Of a DNA stretch of 64,000 nt, positions 12,774 through 27,010 are shown piece by piece. The translations under genes were made by a program, and so were the position numbers. Source of the stretch: Octopus vulgaris. Its lineage: Eukaryota. The notes under the pieces are model-generated. The model searched no databases. It was not told the origin of the DNA and was given only the letters and a program-made list of their open reading frames with translations. Location: positions 28,892,001 to 28,956,000 of the forward strand of contig OX597833.1 of NCBI GenBank assembly GCA_951406725.2, read 5' to 3'. The first letter of the stretch is position 1, and each line of letters begins with the position of its first letter.

Positions 12774-13994
12774 CGTGTCCGTCATCTATTACTGCTTGAC
12801 TGTCATCCCTTGCCCTTATATTAGCTGAACTAGCTGGTTCGCATACTCTTCTGATTTCTATGGAGGAGTCGCGTTCCGCTGTTAAGGCACTCCATCTCCT
12901 GTCAACAGCCGCTGAATGGGAGCCTGGGCATGCCGTACTTGCTGATGCGCAAACATGCGCTCAGGCTACGGCATCTTCAGCGTTTCCTTGACGGTGAGCA
13001 GGTGTGGTCGCTGTTTGTCAGATTCGCTCTTCCACAGCTAGTATCTTTGACTGAGTTGCAATCCTGGATTAGGCGTAAACCGAGGAGGGGCGCTTGGCAC
13101 CTCGAGTGTCGTTAAGCGTTCACAGCCCTCCACCAGACTGGCAATGCGATCGGTGGTAGTTCTACTTTAGTATTCTGTAGAGGGTTAGTGGCGGGAAAAT
13201 GCGACGACGTTCTCGGGAAAACTGGGCGTCGACGAAGATCAACTCTCGGGCCTGAGCCTATGGATAACTTCCAGAAACCCCTTGCCTGGCAGTGCTACCG
13301 AGGGGCGCTGCCTGTTCGGGATAAGCTTTACAGGCACGGAAGTGCCGTCAGCCAGGCCTGCCCGAGGTGCACGCAGAACGATGAAACCGTTTTGCACGCC
13401 CTCATTCAGTGCCCGAGTATTGCTGACCCGTGGGTTTATGTTGAACACCTACTGTTGCGTGTAGGATGAATCCAGCTATCAGCTGATCCATTGTGAAGAT
13501 TGCCCCGCTGCCCTCTTTTGGCCGAGAGGGGCAGGCAATTTTTATTTGTCTAGTGGCTGTAGCGAAAGAGGTAGTATGATGGACCCATTTGAAAGGGCTA
13601 AAGACAGACACTTTCCTTTTTGACCAAGCTCCCATCAACTTTTTCAAGTTTCACTTGAAAAGGAAGTTGAGGGTGGAGAGGACAGTGTTGCCTTCTAGAA
13701 AGTTTGTTGAAAGGTGGGTGAATGTTGGAAGATAGACCAGTCTGAAGGATAAACTCTGAGCGTGCACCTGTAAAAAAAAAAGAAGTGCACTTGCTCTGTT
13801 GTTCAGGCACCCGTGGCTTTTGTGGGTTTTTCTGAGGACCTCTCCCCTATTGAGAGTTTAATTTGTTTAATTTTTAACTGTTGTTTATATTGTGTACACA
13901 CGAAAACTCATTGTATCGTCCTGTTTTTGTCTTTTATGTTGTATGTCATTTAATGTTTTGTATGTGAGCCACAAGGGCTCACATACAATAAATA
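12774..13994 (+). mobile_element. L1/Tx1-type LINE 3' fragment (zf-RVT region)
   Basis: GLGMP-like motif, LAWQCYRGALPVRDKL...CPRC...ETVLHALIQC; ends with AATAAA before (TTA)n. Confidence 0.8.
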
Positions 13995-13995
13995 A

Positions 13996-14122
<127 letters not shown>

Positions 14123-16067
14123 GATGTTAGTGAGCGGAAGAGGGTTAGTACTAACTTATGTCGGCGTTGCCTTTCACATTGGTGACACGGAATCGGTAGC
14201 AAATGTCCAATTTGAATCATCTATAGATCAATGTTCACCAAGATAAATGCAGATGGGGTTGCAAAGAGATTGAAGGACTTGGTGGTGAACGATATTATTT
14301 CATTGTTGTTCAACTCTGATCGAGCGAACCTAAGATCACCCCCATTTTATTTTTTAAGACCGTAAAATGTTAGAGGGAGTGTTCTTGTTACTTCTTCTGG
14401 CAGTTCGATTGATATTGCAGAGATTCCCTAGTTGTCGCATTAGGTTTCCATTTGCAACTCTGCTTGCAAAACTAAGTTTTTGCAAAGTAGCCCCCCGGAC
14501 TTCACTTCAACTCACCTACTAGCTAACTACATACTTATCTATTGCTAACTCGTTTTGTTTCATACAATGTATCACTAATTGCACACTAGCTAACACGGCT
14601 TTGCTAATTTATCTTGCGCGCGTTGAAAAGGTATTGCTAATTGCAACCTAATACTGTATTTACTAATTTGGCTAGTCTGCTAGCATAATGTGTGTGTGTG
14701 TGTTATTTTTCATTGTTCCCCTCATAGTTTAGGTAGGATCACTACTACCCATTTTTCGTCGCAAGTCTTGCGTTTGTGTTCACTTTCAGTATCTGTTCGA
14801 CGATGTCTGCAGAAAAGGACACGCTTGATAATGTGATCCTGGGTTCTTTGAACGTGATGATCATGTGATGATCATGGCTCGAATACCTTTGATCATTAGG
14901 CCTACCTATTCAACGATGTCTTGAGATTAAACAATAATATAATAAGTGGGTGCGAAAGTAATGCCAAAAAGTTTGAAGCTCACAGAGAAAGGATTGACAT
15001 GGAAGTAGTTAGTAGGAGGAAGGACCAAGATGTGAGTACACAGAAGTGCGAGGTGAAGAAGAGTATGTCAGATGATCCTGAGTGAGGTTGCATCCGACTA
15101 AGTTGGTCTCGAGAAGCAGAGAAAACAGAATGTCGAGGGAGAAGCAATGATGAATCATTACCAATCAGATGGCCTTCTGTTGGAAACGTGGTATATTTGT
15201 AAGTGTAGTAGTAGATGTGTTACTAGTATTTCATTGTGATCTGAGTTGAATTCTTTAGAGGGTCAACAATTTATCGGTGCTGGAGCATTTTATTGGCTTT
15301 GTAATGGAAGAATAGTTTTAGGATGAAATTTTAGATATTCTATATACATATGTGTATGGGGGAGAGCTGTTAGAAAAGATTACCAGAAATATGTAGTAAC
15401 TTCGAGGACTGAAGTAGCTTGTTGTCCAAGACTAGTGAGGAAGAGCAACAAGATATGTGTTTTTGTTACGTAAAGTGCTGCCTAAAAAGGTATTACAAGT
15501 TTAACTTTAATCTGATAATTAACAAAGAGTTACGAACATATTTTGCTAACAACCATAGCATTGCTAACATGGACTATTGGACAGCAATGAAATGATAACT
15601 TGCCTTGTTAAGAAACAATACCTGATATTGTAAACCTGTTTTATGATTCAGCTAGAAATTGTCATCTTGTTTGTCGACATGATGTAAACTTGGCTTCCTA
15701 GCTACCTTAGTGTATATTTTAAAATGGTTTCAATTTTTCCATTGTTTTCAAAGCTTTGAAATATGTGAATTGGAATACTTTTAGTTCTCCTAGTTTATAA
15801 GATTACTTATCATCATGACTATAACCAGGGCCAGATTAAGGCCACCTGATATATTAAGAAGCAATGGTCCCCACGAGCTTTCGCTTGTTTAACTGACAAG
15901 ACATAATTTGCGTCGAATGTGAAATAATAGATGAAGACTTAAGTTTTCTTCCAGTCCAAGCCCCACAACTATTAAACAACGTATTCGTTAATCTTTTTTT
16001 TTTTTTTTGGCTTTACACTAAGTAGCAGTAACCAACACAAGTAAATAGTTTATTTATAAATTTGGCA

Positions 16068-16229
<162 letters not shown>

Positions 16230-16354
16230 TGGACACTTCATTTTATTCATTGAAAAAAATCTGTTATCGTAAGTTACCATTTACACCGAGGTAAATTAGC
16301 AACTGCAAAGAACTCTGTAGAACCCCTACTTCCTTTCGTGTCCATAGCGCGTGA

Positions 16355-16612
16355 TTATTTTATCTTTTACTTGTTTCAACCATTAGACTGCGGTCCTGCT
16401 GGGGCACCACCTTGATGAATTTTTACTTGAATGAATCGGCTCTAGTACTTATCTTTAGGCCTGGTACTTATTCTATCGGCCTCTTTGCCGAACGGAAACA
16501 CACCATCATTTGTTGTCAAGCGGTGAGAGTGGGGTAGACAAAGGTAGACACAAAGACACACACACACACACATACATACATACATACATACATACATACA
16601 TACATACATACA

Positions 16613-16648
<36 letters not shown>

Positions 16649-16826
16649 TGTGTGTGTGTGTGTGTGTGCACAGATATAAATACGACGGGTTTCTTTCAGT
16701 TTCCGTCTATCGAATCCACTCATAAGGCTTTGGTTGGCCCGAGTCTATAGCGGAAGGCACTTGCCCAAAGTTCCACGCAGTGGGACTGAACACGGGATCA
16801 TGTGACTGGGAAGTTACTTCTTACCA
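16355..16826 (-). mobile_element. tRNA-derived SINE family B (CORE-like TTGGGCAAGT, internal CA/CATA tract)
   Basis: Homologous to copies at 21640, 44119, 45765, 46107 and 56213. Confidence 0.8.
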
Positions 16827-17601
16827 AATTATGGTCCTAACTACAGCCATATTATTCCACTGACTTACCTTGACAAAAAAAGTTAGGCTAATAGACCCAG
16901 TTCTTAAATCAGACTGGATACGTTTGACCATGTGTGAGACATTATGGATAGAGGGAATATAGAGAAACATAACCTGAACAGATCATCTGAAAGCGTCATC
17001 GACCGATTTTCAAATGGATCATCAAAGTACTCGATGAGGTCTCTTCGCTGATGCTCGATCTGTATGAAATGGCAGCCAAAATCTTCCTCTAATCACACCT
17101 TGCTGTTGAAACTTTGAGTTAAACAGAAACAACAACCTTCAATAATCACAGTTCCATGTTGGTGTTTAGTTGTATAATAAAAGATACACTACATCTAGCA
17201 GTGGCAGCTACATGTTGTTGGTACCACCACTGTTGTATAATCTGAGGTGAATGTCAGTGCACTCACCTTCAGTAATAGAAGACTTCATGTGATTGGTTAA
17301 AAGCAGCAACAAAAATGTACCCCAGTTTATACCCTGCCGTCAGAGAAAATAAAGAGCCCATTGGATAATGTAATCCTATTCGCCCCTAAAAAGATAGGGT
17401 GGAATGCTTTTTAAGACAGGGAAGTCAAACAAGGCTGACCTGGAGCCGAAGTTTGAGTGCCACATGTTCTTAGTATTGTACAACCTCAGATCTCTATAGA
17501 CACACTACTTTCAGTAATGACTACAGCATATTGGTTAGCATGGAAGCCAAATCTCTCTCAAAGCACAACCTTTCTTTTTTTCTTTTTGAAAAAAGAAGAC
17601 A

Positions 17602-18480
17602 TGCAAGATGTATTCCAGAAGTTTTCAGACTTTTCCAGGAGAGATATTTATTAATTTCAAAGAAGTACAAAACTAATCTTTAAAGTTGGTTCCTCTAACT
17701 TCAATGCACTTGTGGCGCTCCAGTCACTTCGGAGAGGCGCCATGAAATTCTTCCAAAGTAAAAGTGACCTAAACCTTTGTCACAGCCTCCTTCATCTTGA
17801 AAACGATTGCCCTTGAGGTTCTTCAGCTTAGTGAGCAACCAAAAATCACAAGGAACAAGGTCTGGACTGTAGGGTGGGGTGAGGGACAGTTTTGATGCCC
17901 ATCTTTGTCGAGTAGTTGATTACTAGGATGGAACTGTGGAGTAGTACATTGTCCTTTAATAGGTGTCAAGTAGTTGGTTACCAGGATGCTCATCACTGAG
18001 CAATCTAGGAACAATCTTTGCACAAATTTTGCGCTTGTTCAGAGCTTCATGGATAATTCTATGTATAGTTGCCACATCAACACCAAACTGTAATGCATAT
18101 TGTCTTTATCGACAAATGGCGGTCTTCATCCAGAAATTTGTGATTTTCCATACCAGCTCTGATGTTCCGATGTCCCTCTCCCGCCCACACCACTTCTTTA
18201 TCATCCTTGAACTTCTTGTGCCAGCGAGAAAGTTAATCCATAAGCATCATGGTGCACTTCGTAAGTTTTTGTAGTGTTTCTATCCAGTTTATCACAAACC
18301 TTTATTGCATAGCAACCTTCCAAATGGCTCTCATGTCTCGGCTGCATTCTGCAAATTAGTCAGCTGTGACAAGCAGTGTTTAGTAGGATGTTTTCAAAGT
18401 GCCGTTGCAGACGTTTCCTTCAATCTGGATTAAGTATCTCTCCTCAAAAACGGATGAAAACTTCCGGAATGCATCGCGTA
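17602..18480 (-). mobile_element. Old, internally deleted mariner element
   Basis: Imperfect TIRs (GATGTATTCCAGAAGTTTTCA / TGAAAACTTCCGGAATGCATC); minus translation HPPYSPDLVPCDFW near 17845-17885. Confidence 0.8.
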
Positions 18481-18798
18481 TTTCATGTTGTGGTCTTAGA
18501 TATAATCTTCCTGAAGAACATTTAATAATATGGTGCTGCAATCATAATATTTGCAAAAAATACGGAATCGTCACGACTATAACGCCTTCGACTATAGGCC
18601 TGCATGGTCAAGGCTGATATCGGCTAAACAAAAGTAATTATACTTTTTTTATAGTTTCGTTAAGTTTACTTTAGCGACCCCGGAAGAAAGAAAGCCAATG
18701 TTCATCTCGGTAGGATTTGAGCTCAAAATATACAAAAGTCCATAACTAAATACCATAAAACAGTTTGTCAGAAGCTTTAACGTCTCCGTTAATCCTAG

Positions 18799-19065
18799 GT
18801 ACCTACTCGATTCTATATTCCGAGGTCCATAGTTTGTCTCGTATCCAGATTTTGTTGTTCATGGAACAGTGCGTTCACAGAATCAATTTTAATCGTGGCT
18901 ATATTCCTTATCAGAATGACAGGAGAAAATATCTAGAGGCGTTGGACGCTAGCATACTTAATGTAGTAATCCAAGATGTTTTAATTGCAGTATCTCACGG
19001 TATCGAGGACGCTATTTTTGTCCTAAATTTACCATGCGTCCTTAAGGACAAAAAGTATATTTTTC
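18799..19065 (+). CDS. Candidate host coding exon (267 bp, phase 1-1), product unknown
   Basis: Stop-free within a 152-aa ORF of non-repetitive sequence; acceptor TTAATCCTAG|, donor TTC|GTAAGC; length divisible by 3. No recognised domain. Confidence 0.4.
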
Positions 19066-19673
19066 GTAAGCCAATTTTTAATTCCACAGGAGTGTTATCT
19101 ATGATAAACTTACTCTGTTTAAAAGAAAATACTGTAGTGATCAACAGGATCTATATGTCATATAAGACATATAAAAAAGTCACATCGCATAAGGTTTTGT
19201 GCTACACATTTAATTTTGGTTAAATGCATTGACCTTTCTGATGGAAGGAAATTCAATAGATCTTTTATCTAAGCTATTAGGCTGCAGCCATGCTGGTGCA
19301 CTGCTTTGAAGAATTGTCGATCACTTTTGGCCGAACTGCTAAGTTACGGAAACGTGAAGAAACCAATACCGGTTGTCAAGCGGTGGTGGGGGAAAAACAT
19401 ACACAAATACGCGCGCGCGCACACATTTTTATAAGTGCTTGAGTGCAGATAGTATGCTGCTTACTTTCTCAGAAGAACTGAAGCTGCGTTAGAAGAGACG
19501 GAGGCAGGAAAGATGGCACATCTGTGAACCAGTCGTTATAATGTCTTGTAAAACAAAACTTATGTTATAAGAAGTAATTTGTTGTAGAAAAACGTAGTAC
19601 CATTTTATCTCTCTCTGCGTTTGTTATTTCAGTCATGCATATCACATTTGGGGAATACACGCATACGCACGAA

Positions 19674-19742
<69 letters not shown>

Positions 19743-20197
19743 GCACACACACACACACATGCACACAGATATATAATGGGATACACACACACATATACAT
19801 ATGCATACACATAAACATACAAACTCACACACACATATGTACATGTACATATACACACACACATACACACACATTGAAGAAATGCTATTTCGAATGAGAT
19901 AGCGTGATGCATAGAACTCCATATAATTCCATGTATCCATGTATATCCAAATTCTAATCAAATATTAAACAATCTGCCGCCCGTTTTATTATTTTTTTTC
20001 AGTATTAGTTTTTGAACCCAATATTTATATGCTTCAGGTGTGCTTCGAGATCCATTGTTAAAAAAAGTGTTATTTCACGTTCTCGTGAAAGTTTATAAAT
20101 TCTTATGACGTCAACACTTTACAAAGTGTATACCCGGAAGCAAAATAAAACAGAAGAGATAGTTTATCTCTTTATTATAGCATTATAAATCACATAA

Positions 20198-20276
20198 TCT
20201 TTACACGTGTTTCACTAGCGATAATCGTTATCTAGAGAGTTGAATAATCACATTGAAACACTAGATCTTCAGAAGA
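20198..20276 (-). ncRNA. Type I hammerhead ribozyme motif, intact core
   Basis: Minus: TCTT-CTGAAGA-tCTAGTG...CGCTAGt-GAAA-CACGTG-TA-AAGA. Stems I and II pair, stem III is palindromic, GUA triplet. Confidence 0.75.
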
Positions 20277-21639
20277 AAATAGTCATTTAATCTATTACTG
20301 TTTACCAGAATCTGTTGGTTGACAGTGCCAAGTTAGACACTACTAATGTGACATAAATATCGTGAAACCTGGAGTTTATTGACAGTAATTGTTCACCACT
20401 TCTATACATAATAGCATTTTGAACCAAAAAGAAAGTATCTAAGTCGTGACACTACATAGCCAAATCTCTTTCAAAACCTATATATTCATCTAAGAAAATG
20501 TAGTTTTGGCTACTTTATACCTTAAATAAACACGGGATAATCACGGCTGGAACACTTTTGATCAAGGCCAACCATGAGTTAAATAATAAGAGCAACAGTA
20601 ACCACCAAGCACACCTATTTTATACATTAGACCAGGGTGTCAAACTCGTTTGGCTTTGCAGATCGGATTGAAGTATAAACAAGATCTCAAATATATACAT
20701 CATAACAGCTTTATTAACAATAAAGAAAAGGAAAGAACGTGAGACGTGCAGAGATGCTTGGGAAAAACTTACCCACAAAGTATATATAGAATTCTACTAA
20801 GTAGGAGTTCTTTGAGTGCGAACAAGGATAGAAATTATCCAAATGAAGGCGTATAGTTCTTGAGAAAACCAATGTGTTGTAGAAGGCTTGCACTGGTTCA
20901 GCTCCAAAACATTTTAATAATATTCATATCTCTATGAACTCGAACGTAATTCTAAGGGGAAAATACACAACTTCCGCTTGGTTCAGTGAGTAAAGAGAGA
21001 GTGGAGGAAAAACGTAATTCACTGGTGTAAGGTGACTTTCAGACACCGCAGTGCTTCAACCTCAGATGATGTCATCCAGCAGAACCGATGAATCTGTCTA
21101 GAACACGAGCTCTTGTTATAGGAATCAACAATTATTAGATGATGAATTATAATTACGCTTGTCGGACATCAGCACGCATCGTATCTCTCTTCTATACTGA
21201 CCACCGCTGATCTACATACGCTAATTACTTCTCTAAGTTCACATTGACATTATTCCTGCCGACAATGCCAATCTGACTTTCGTATAAGACCAATTCCAAC
21301 TAGATGATCTCAATGTGGCCGTAAATGAGCTAACAACTGGATGATATAGTTTTGACTCAAAACGAGACCGAAGTTTAATTGATCCTAAATCAGACTAAAT
21401 CCCGACTGCGTACACGTCTCTTCAAAAATGAAACGGGATGATCATTGCTTCCGTGCCTTTCAACTTAGGTCTGATCAGTCACAGCGATTTATGCTTAAAA
21501 AACAATAACCATTATCACACATACACACACCATTTTCCAAAGACGATACCTTTATATGGCTGCTCGAATTACTTGAAAAAGCGGGTAAAATCTCCTTCAA
21601 ACCACACTCTACTGTATTAATGTTGCCCGTAGTACTTTA

Positions 21640-22056
21640 CTCTTTTTACTCTTACTCTTTTATTTGTTTCAGTCATTTGACTGCGGCCATGTTGGAGCAC
21701 TGCCTTTAGTCGAGCAAATCGACCCCAGGACTTATTCTATGTAAGTCTAGTACTTATTCTATCGGTCTCTTTTGCCGAACCGCTAAGTTACGGGAACGTA
21801 AACACACCAGCATCGGTTGTCAAGTGATGTTGTGGGGGGACAAACACAGACACACAAACATATACACACACACATACATATATATACATATATACGACGG
21901 GCTTCTTTCAGTTTCCGTTTACCAAATCCACTCACAAGGCTTTGGTTGGCCCGAGGCTATAGTAGAAGACACTTGCCCAAGGTGCCACGCAGTGGGACTG
22001 AACCCGGAACCATGTGGTTGGTAAGCAAGCTACTTACCACACAGCCACTCCTACGC
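21640..22056 (-). mobile_element. tRNA-derived SINE family B, near full length
   Basis: Minus head GTGGCTGTGTGGTAAG...GGTTCAGTCCC, core CACCTTGGGCAAGTGTCTTC. Confidence 0.9.
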
Positions 22057-22619
22057 CTATGTTATGCATGAAAAAAAAACATTAATAAAATGGTGCGGTA
22101 GTACCAACATAAATGCTTTTGACCATAGGTCTGCCCGTTCAGGGCACGTTCACACACACACCTCTTATATCATGCAAATGCTATTGGCATACACACACAA
22201 TTAGTAAATACCCTTACACATCATACAAGAACTAGCAATCAGTGAAGAAAGAGACCGAAAGAGATGTCAGAGAATGGTTTAATGCGGAGGTTGGTTCAAA
22301 TTAAGCCAGCAAATAATTGCAAAATAAAGAACCACAAGTGCATAATTAGAAAACCATAATCTGAATGTGTGTGTATGTGTGTGTGTGTGTGAGCGTATTT
22401 TATAAGAAAATATGTTTGCACACATTTATTTCAAATTCAGATTTACGTCACATATTCATTAAGTGTGGTACCCCACCCGCAAAACCTTCAGAAAGCACGA
22501 AGACGGGGTAAAAAAACAACAACAAAAAAAAACGAAAAACAAAAGCCTGGATGTATCAGGTTGACGCTCGGGAACTCTTGAAGAAGGATTTAACGTTTCG
22601 ATCTTACGCTCTTCTTTAA

Positions 22620-22650
<31 letters not shown>

Positions 22651-22838
22651 TGTATGTATGTATGTACGTTTGTATATATGTGAGTGTGTATGAGTGTGCA
22701 GGAATATAATTATTCTTTTATTTGTTTCAGTTAAGTCGTTGCTGTAGCCTTGCTGGGGCACCACCTTCGAAGATTTCTCACGACCATGTAGTGTGAGTGT
22801 CGTGTGTGTGTATGTGTATGCAGATATATATCCACGTA

Positions 22839-23380
<542 letters not shown>

Positions 23381-23491
23381 AAAGTGAGATAGGGGTTATG
23401 AGTGTAACCCACTATGGGATATAATTTATCCAATATACTGCCAGTAAAGTACCCAGAAAGGCTAATACAGAAATGCTAAGAATTGCAATGC

Positions 23492-23579
23492 AATTAATTC
23501 ATTTATTGTATTATATGGGCGAAGGTATTGAGGTAAAGCATTTTACCTTCGCCCATATAATACAATAAATGAATTAATT
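23492..23579. repeat. Perfect inverted repeat, 36-bp arms, 16-nt loop
   Basis: 23492-23527 is the reverse complement of 23544-23579; ends an AT-rich module related to ~29730-29790. Confidence 0.9.
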
Positions 23580-23605
23580 ATATATATATATATGCATACA
23601 TATAA

Positions 23606-23640
<35 letters not shown>

Positions 23641-24039
23641 GCGTCGCCCGTACCCTTTTTGGTCTTGTATGTAAGTACATATTTCTTTAAATTTGGTACG
23701 ACTCTATAACACTGTCTCTCTCTCCCCCCTCTTCTACATTTCTCTGCCTTTCACACTTTGATCTGTCTCTTTCTCTCTGTCTCTCTCTCATCTCCTCCTC
23801 CTTTTCTCTTTTCTTGCCTCTGATTCTTTGGTCTCCTTTTCCCCCACTCTCTCACATTTCTCTGTCTTTCTCACTTTGCACCTCACTGATTCTGTCGCCA
23901 AGCCAATCCTTCGCACGCTCTCTTTCTTCTCCCCTCTTTTATTCCTTCTTTCTCTCTCTTCTTCCCCCTTTGGTGCCTTTGTCCCTCTTTTTCTCTCTCT
24001 CTTTGATTCCTTTGCCCCCTTTTTTTCTCTCCCTTCTCC

Positions 24040-24360
24040 TCTCAGGTGACCGCTAGTCAACCAGCCTTTCGGCTTCTGACCACCGCCACGAGAACATCGT
24101 TTTCTTCGTCAGCCGAAAAATGCATTTTTTTCCAAATACGCCAGTTAAGCTAAGTTGTACTGTCTATAGTCGTAAGACACCCGCTGTTTTTGTCCTGTTA
24201 TTACTATTATTGTTTTTTGTATTTATATTCGTGTGGCATCGTCCGTTTTTCTGTCCTTGTTTCGTATACATTCGATCTTTTTTCCAAGAAATCTAATGCT
24301 CGTAGCTTAGTTATTCCTTGGGGCTGGCCGGATCGGAGCGATCACAAGATTAATCGTGTG
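24040..24360. mobile_element. Dispersed repeat (probable PLE terminal region)
   Basis: Diverged inverted homologue at ~27060-27260. Confidence 0.5.
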
Positions 24361-24640
24361 CGCCTATGTATGTGTGGCAGTGTGTTTAGAAGGCTGCAAG
24401 GGAGAGAGATATAGCAGCTATTAATGGTCAAGCAGCTGAAAAAAACTGTGTCTGTTTGTTCGTCTGTAACCAGTTGGTAGAGGGATGGAATGTCAACAAT
24501 GGAGGATACAGTGACATCCCTGAAAGCATTTCTAGATAAGTAGCAGTTCTTACGCTAATAGGGGAGTGATTTCCCCATACAAATTTAATTCAAATTTTTT
24601 TTCTTTTCTTAGGAAATCAAGGGGTTAACTATCTTATACT

Positions 24641-25101
24641 TCATTGGAATGCAAGAAATGTGTGCCGCTTCCAGTGCGGCCATCTAAAAGAATTTTGCAC
24701 AATCGCGTTAACAAGTTGCCCTCGGGCGAACAGAATATGAAATAGTTCCGAGTTGCAAAGATTACAGATTCCTTTGCCTCTATCAAACGGTAAAGACACC
24801 GATAAAATCGACCATTCCAGTCTAAAGGTTGAATTCGCGTTCTTCAAACGCCAGACTAATTTACTTAGTCCAGTAGCGTGTTGCTTTCCAAAATCGCGAA
24901 ACGTTGAGAAATGATTCGATATTCTAACAGCCAATTTCGATGATGAAGCTCCGATATACATGTAGACATCTGAATCAGTATAAACTGTGCACTGGTAAAT
25001 GGCGTTTCTAATCTTGGAATTACTAGATAAGAACCTTATTCTATTGGGGTTGGTTTCCGATATTAATACGGCGTTCTTATTACTGAAACGCCAAGAAACT
25101 G

Positions 25102-25105
<4 letters not shown>
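24641..25105 (-). mobile_element. Penelope-like element, GIY-YIG endonuclease C-terminal fragment
   Basis: NAIYQCTV...MYIGAS...RISNH...TGLSKLVW...WSIL...CNLCNSE; truncated at a (TA)n tract. Confidence 0.85.
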
Positions 25106-25151
<46 letters not shown>

Positions 25152-25797
25152 TATACATATATACATGTATGTACGTATGTATGTATGTATGTATGTATGT
25201 ATGTATGTATGTATGTATGTATGTATGTATGTGTGTATGTATGTATGTATGTATGCGTATACGTACGTATGTATGAATGTATATATCGCTTACATGCGCT
25301 CACGTGTGTGTGAGAGAGAAAGTGTTTGACCACGATGACCTAAAATAGCATATCGCCCTCTGTACTGCTATAAACTGAAGGCTATCAAGAAAATATTTTG
25401 TCGTAAAGATTGTCTCTCGTTGAGAGATTTACGAATAGAAATTTTGTTGTACTTCATACTAAAATTAGATACCCCATACCCCACCGCCTCTGCCATTAAT
25501 AACTAAATCGCCAGTTCCCGGTAATATGCGTGAAATATTACAATTATAAAGTAACACAAAACTCACTGAATATTGAAGGCTAATTCCGTTGGTTATGCAT
25601 TTAGTATTAGACAACTTATTGTCACTCGCAAATACACTCATATTCACAAATGCAACCATAAGAACGACTTATAATATAGAACTGTGTTCCCTAAATTTTT
25701 GCTGATTGTTTTTTATAAATGCTATTCGTGTATTTACTGATAGTGACGCGCCTCCAAATAATGTCTAGCACCCTCTCTCGTCAGTGCTGGAGGTTCC

Positions 25798-25877
<80 letters not shown>

Positions 25878-26074
25878 TTACATACATACGCGCACGCACA
25901 TACACACATACATACGCACACGCGCACACACACAGTCCTTGTTTTTATTCTCTCAAGTGGCTCTGATGACTATTTCTTGGTGGCGCTTCCTCTTCAAACA
26001 TCCGTTTTGTTTATATTCACAAATGCATACACTCATATTACGTCATTTACGCACACACATACTTATGGGAGCAC

Positions 26075-26118
<44 letters not shown>

Positions 26119-26865
26119 ATTTACGCATGTATACACAGCGTCCATAAATGTTCGCTTTTCTCTGATTTTGGATGAGATATTCACTTTGCTTGAGTTATGA
26201 CACAGCACTTAAGTGCCTAAGTATATTTTGTCAACGCGAAGAAATAACAACATTAGTGTACGAATAGTATATTACAGTGGCTTATTGGAGTTGTTAAGCT
26301 GGGCTCTAGAAACGAAATCACAACTCCTTTCTGGGGCGTCATGAGATCATGTGATGACGACAAATGTGAAACTGGGTGCGACGATTTTACTAAGAGATAG
26401 AAACGAGATTCACTACTTATATAACCCCCCCCAAAATAATAATAAAAACAAGAACAAAACAAAGCAAAAACACAGGACATTGTATTATAAGTGAGCAGAA
26501 ATACAGCTGACAATGATGCTCAAAGATTCAACAATTATGTTGTATAAGTCCTCACTTTCTTTGATCATATCCGCGAAAAAGTTTAACACAGGAGGCAATA
26601 ACCTACGCGAAAATCGAAAAGTAATTTCATGCTGAATAGGATAATGTAAGATAGTATATTGATTATAAACCACTACACACTCAGAATTCACTTTTATTTA
26701 AGAGAAATAATCGGGTTGGGTTTGTTTTTTCTATTTTGTTTCTTTTTGTGTTTGTTTTTGCAATACACGGTGTGGGGCGGATTTTGTAAAGTGTCACTCC
26801 GTGAAAGGGATGTCGGTCTGCCAAAGATTCAGAATTATCGGTATATCAGTTTCCTTCTCCCTTTC

Positions 26866-27010
26866 GTAAGAAGCTTGCTTCCCAAACACATAGTCCCGGG
26901 TTCAATCCCTCTGCGTGACACCTTCAGCAGGCATCTTCTTCTATAGCCTCAGGTCAACCAAAATCTTGTGAGTGGATTTTGTAGACAGAAACTGAAAGAA
27001 GCCCGTCACA
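26866..27010 (+). mobile_element. SINE family B, 5' part
   Basis: GTAAGAAGCTTGCTTCCC...GGTTCAATCCC...GAAACTGAAAGAAGCCCGTC. Confidence 0.75.

Noticed and set aside
14940-15800. Degraded LINE RT remnant
   Set aside because: Too decayed to show convincing motifs by eye.
20632-21340. hAT element starting CAGGGTGTCAAACTC
   Set aside because: Only one TIR-like end; no partner TIR, TSD or readable transposase.
24510-24570. Hammerhead downstream of the GIY-YIG fragment
   Set aside because: Only a GAAA and a weak TCCC/GGGA stem are visible; no CUGANGA core.
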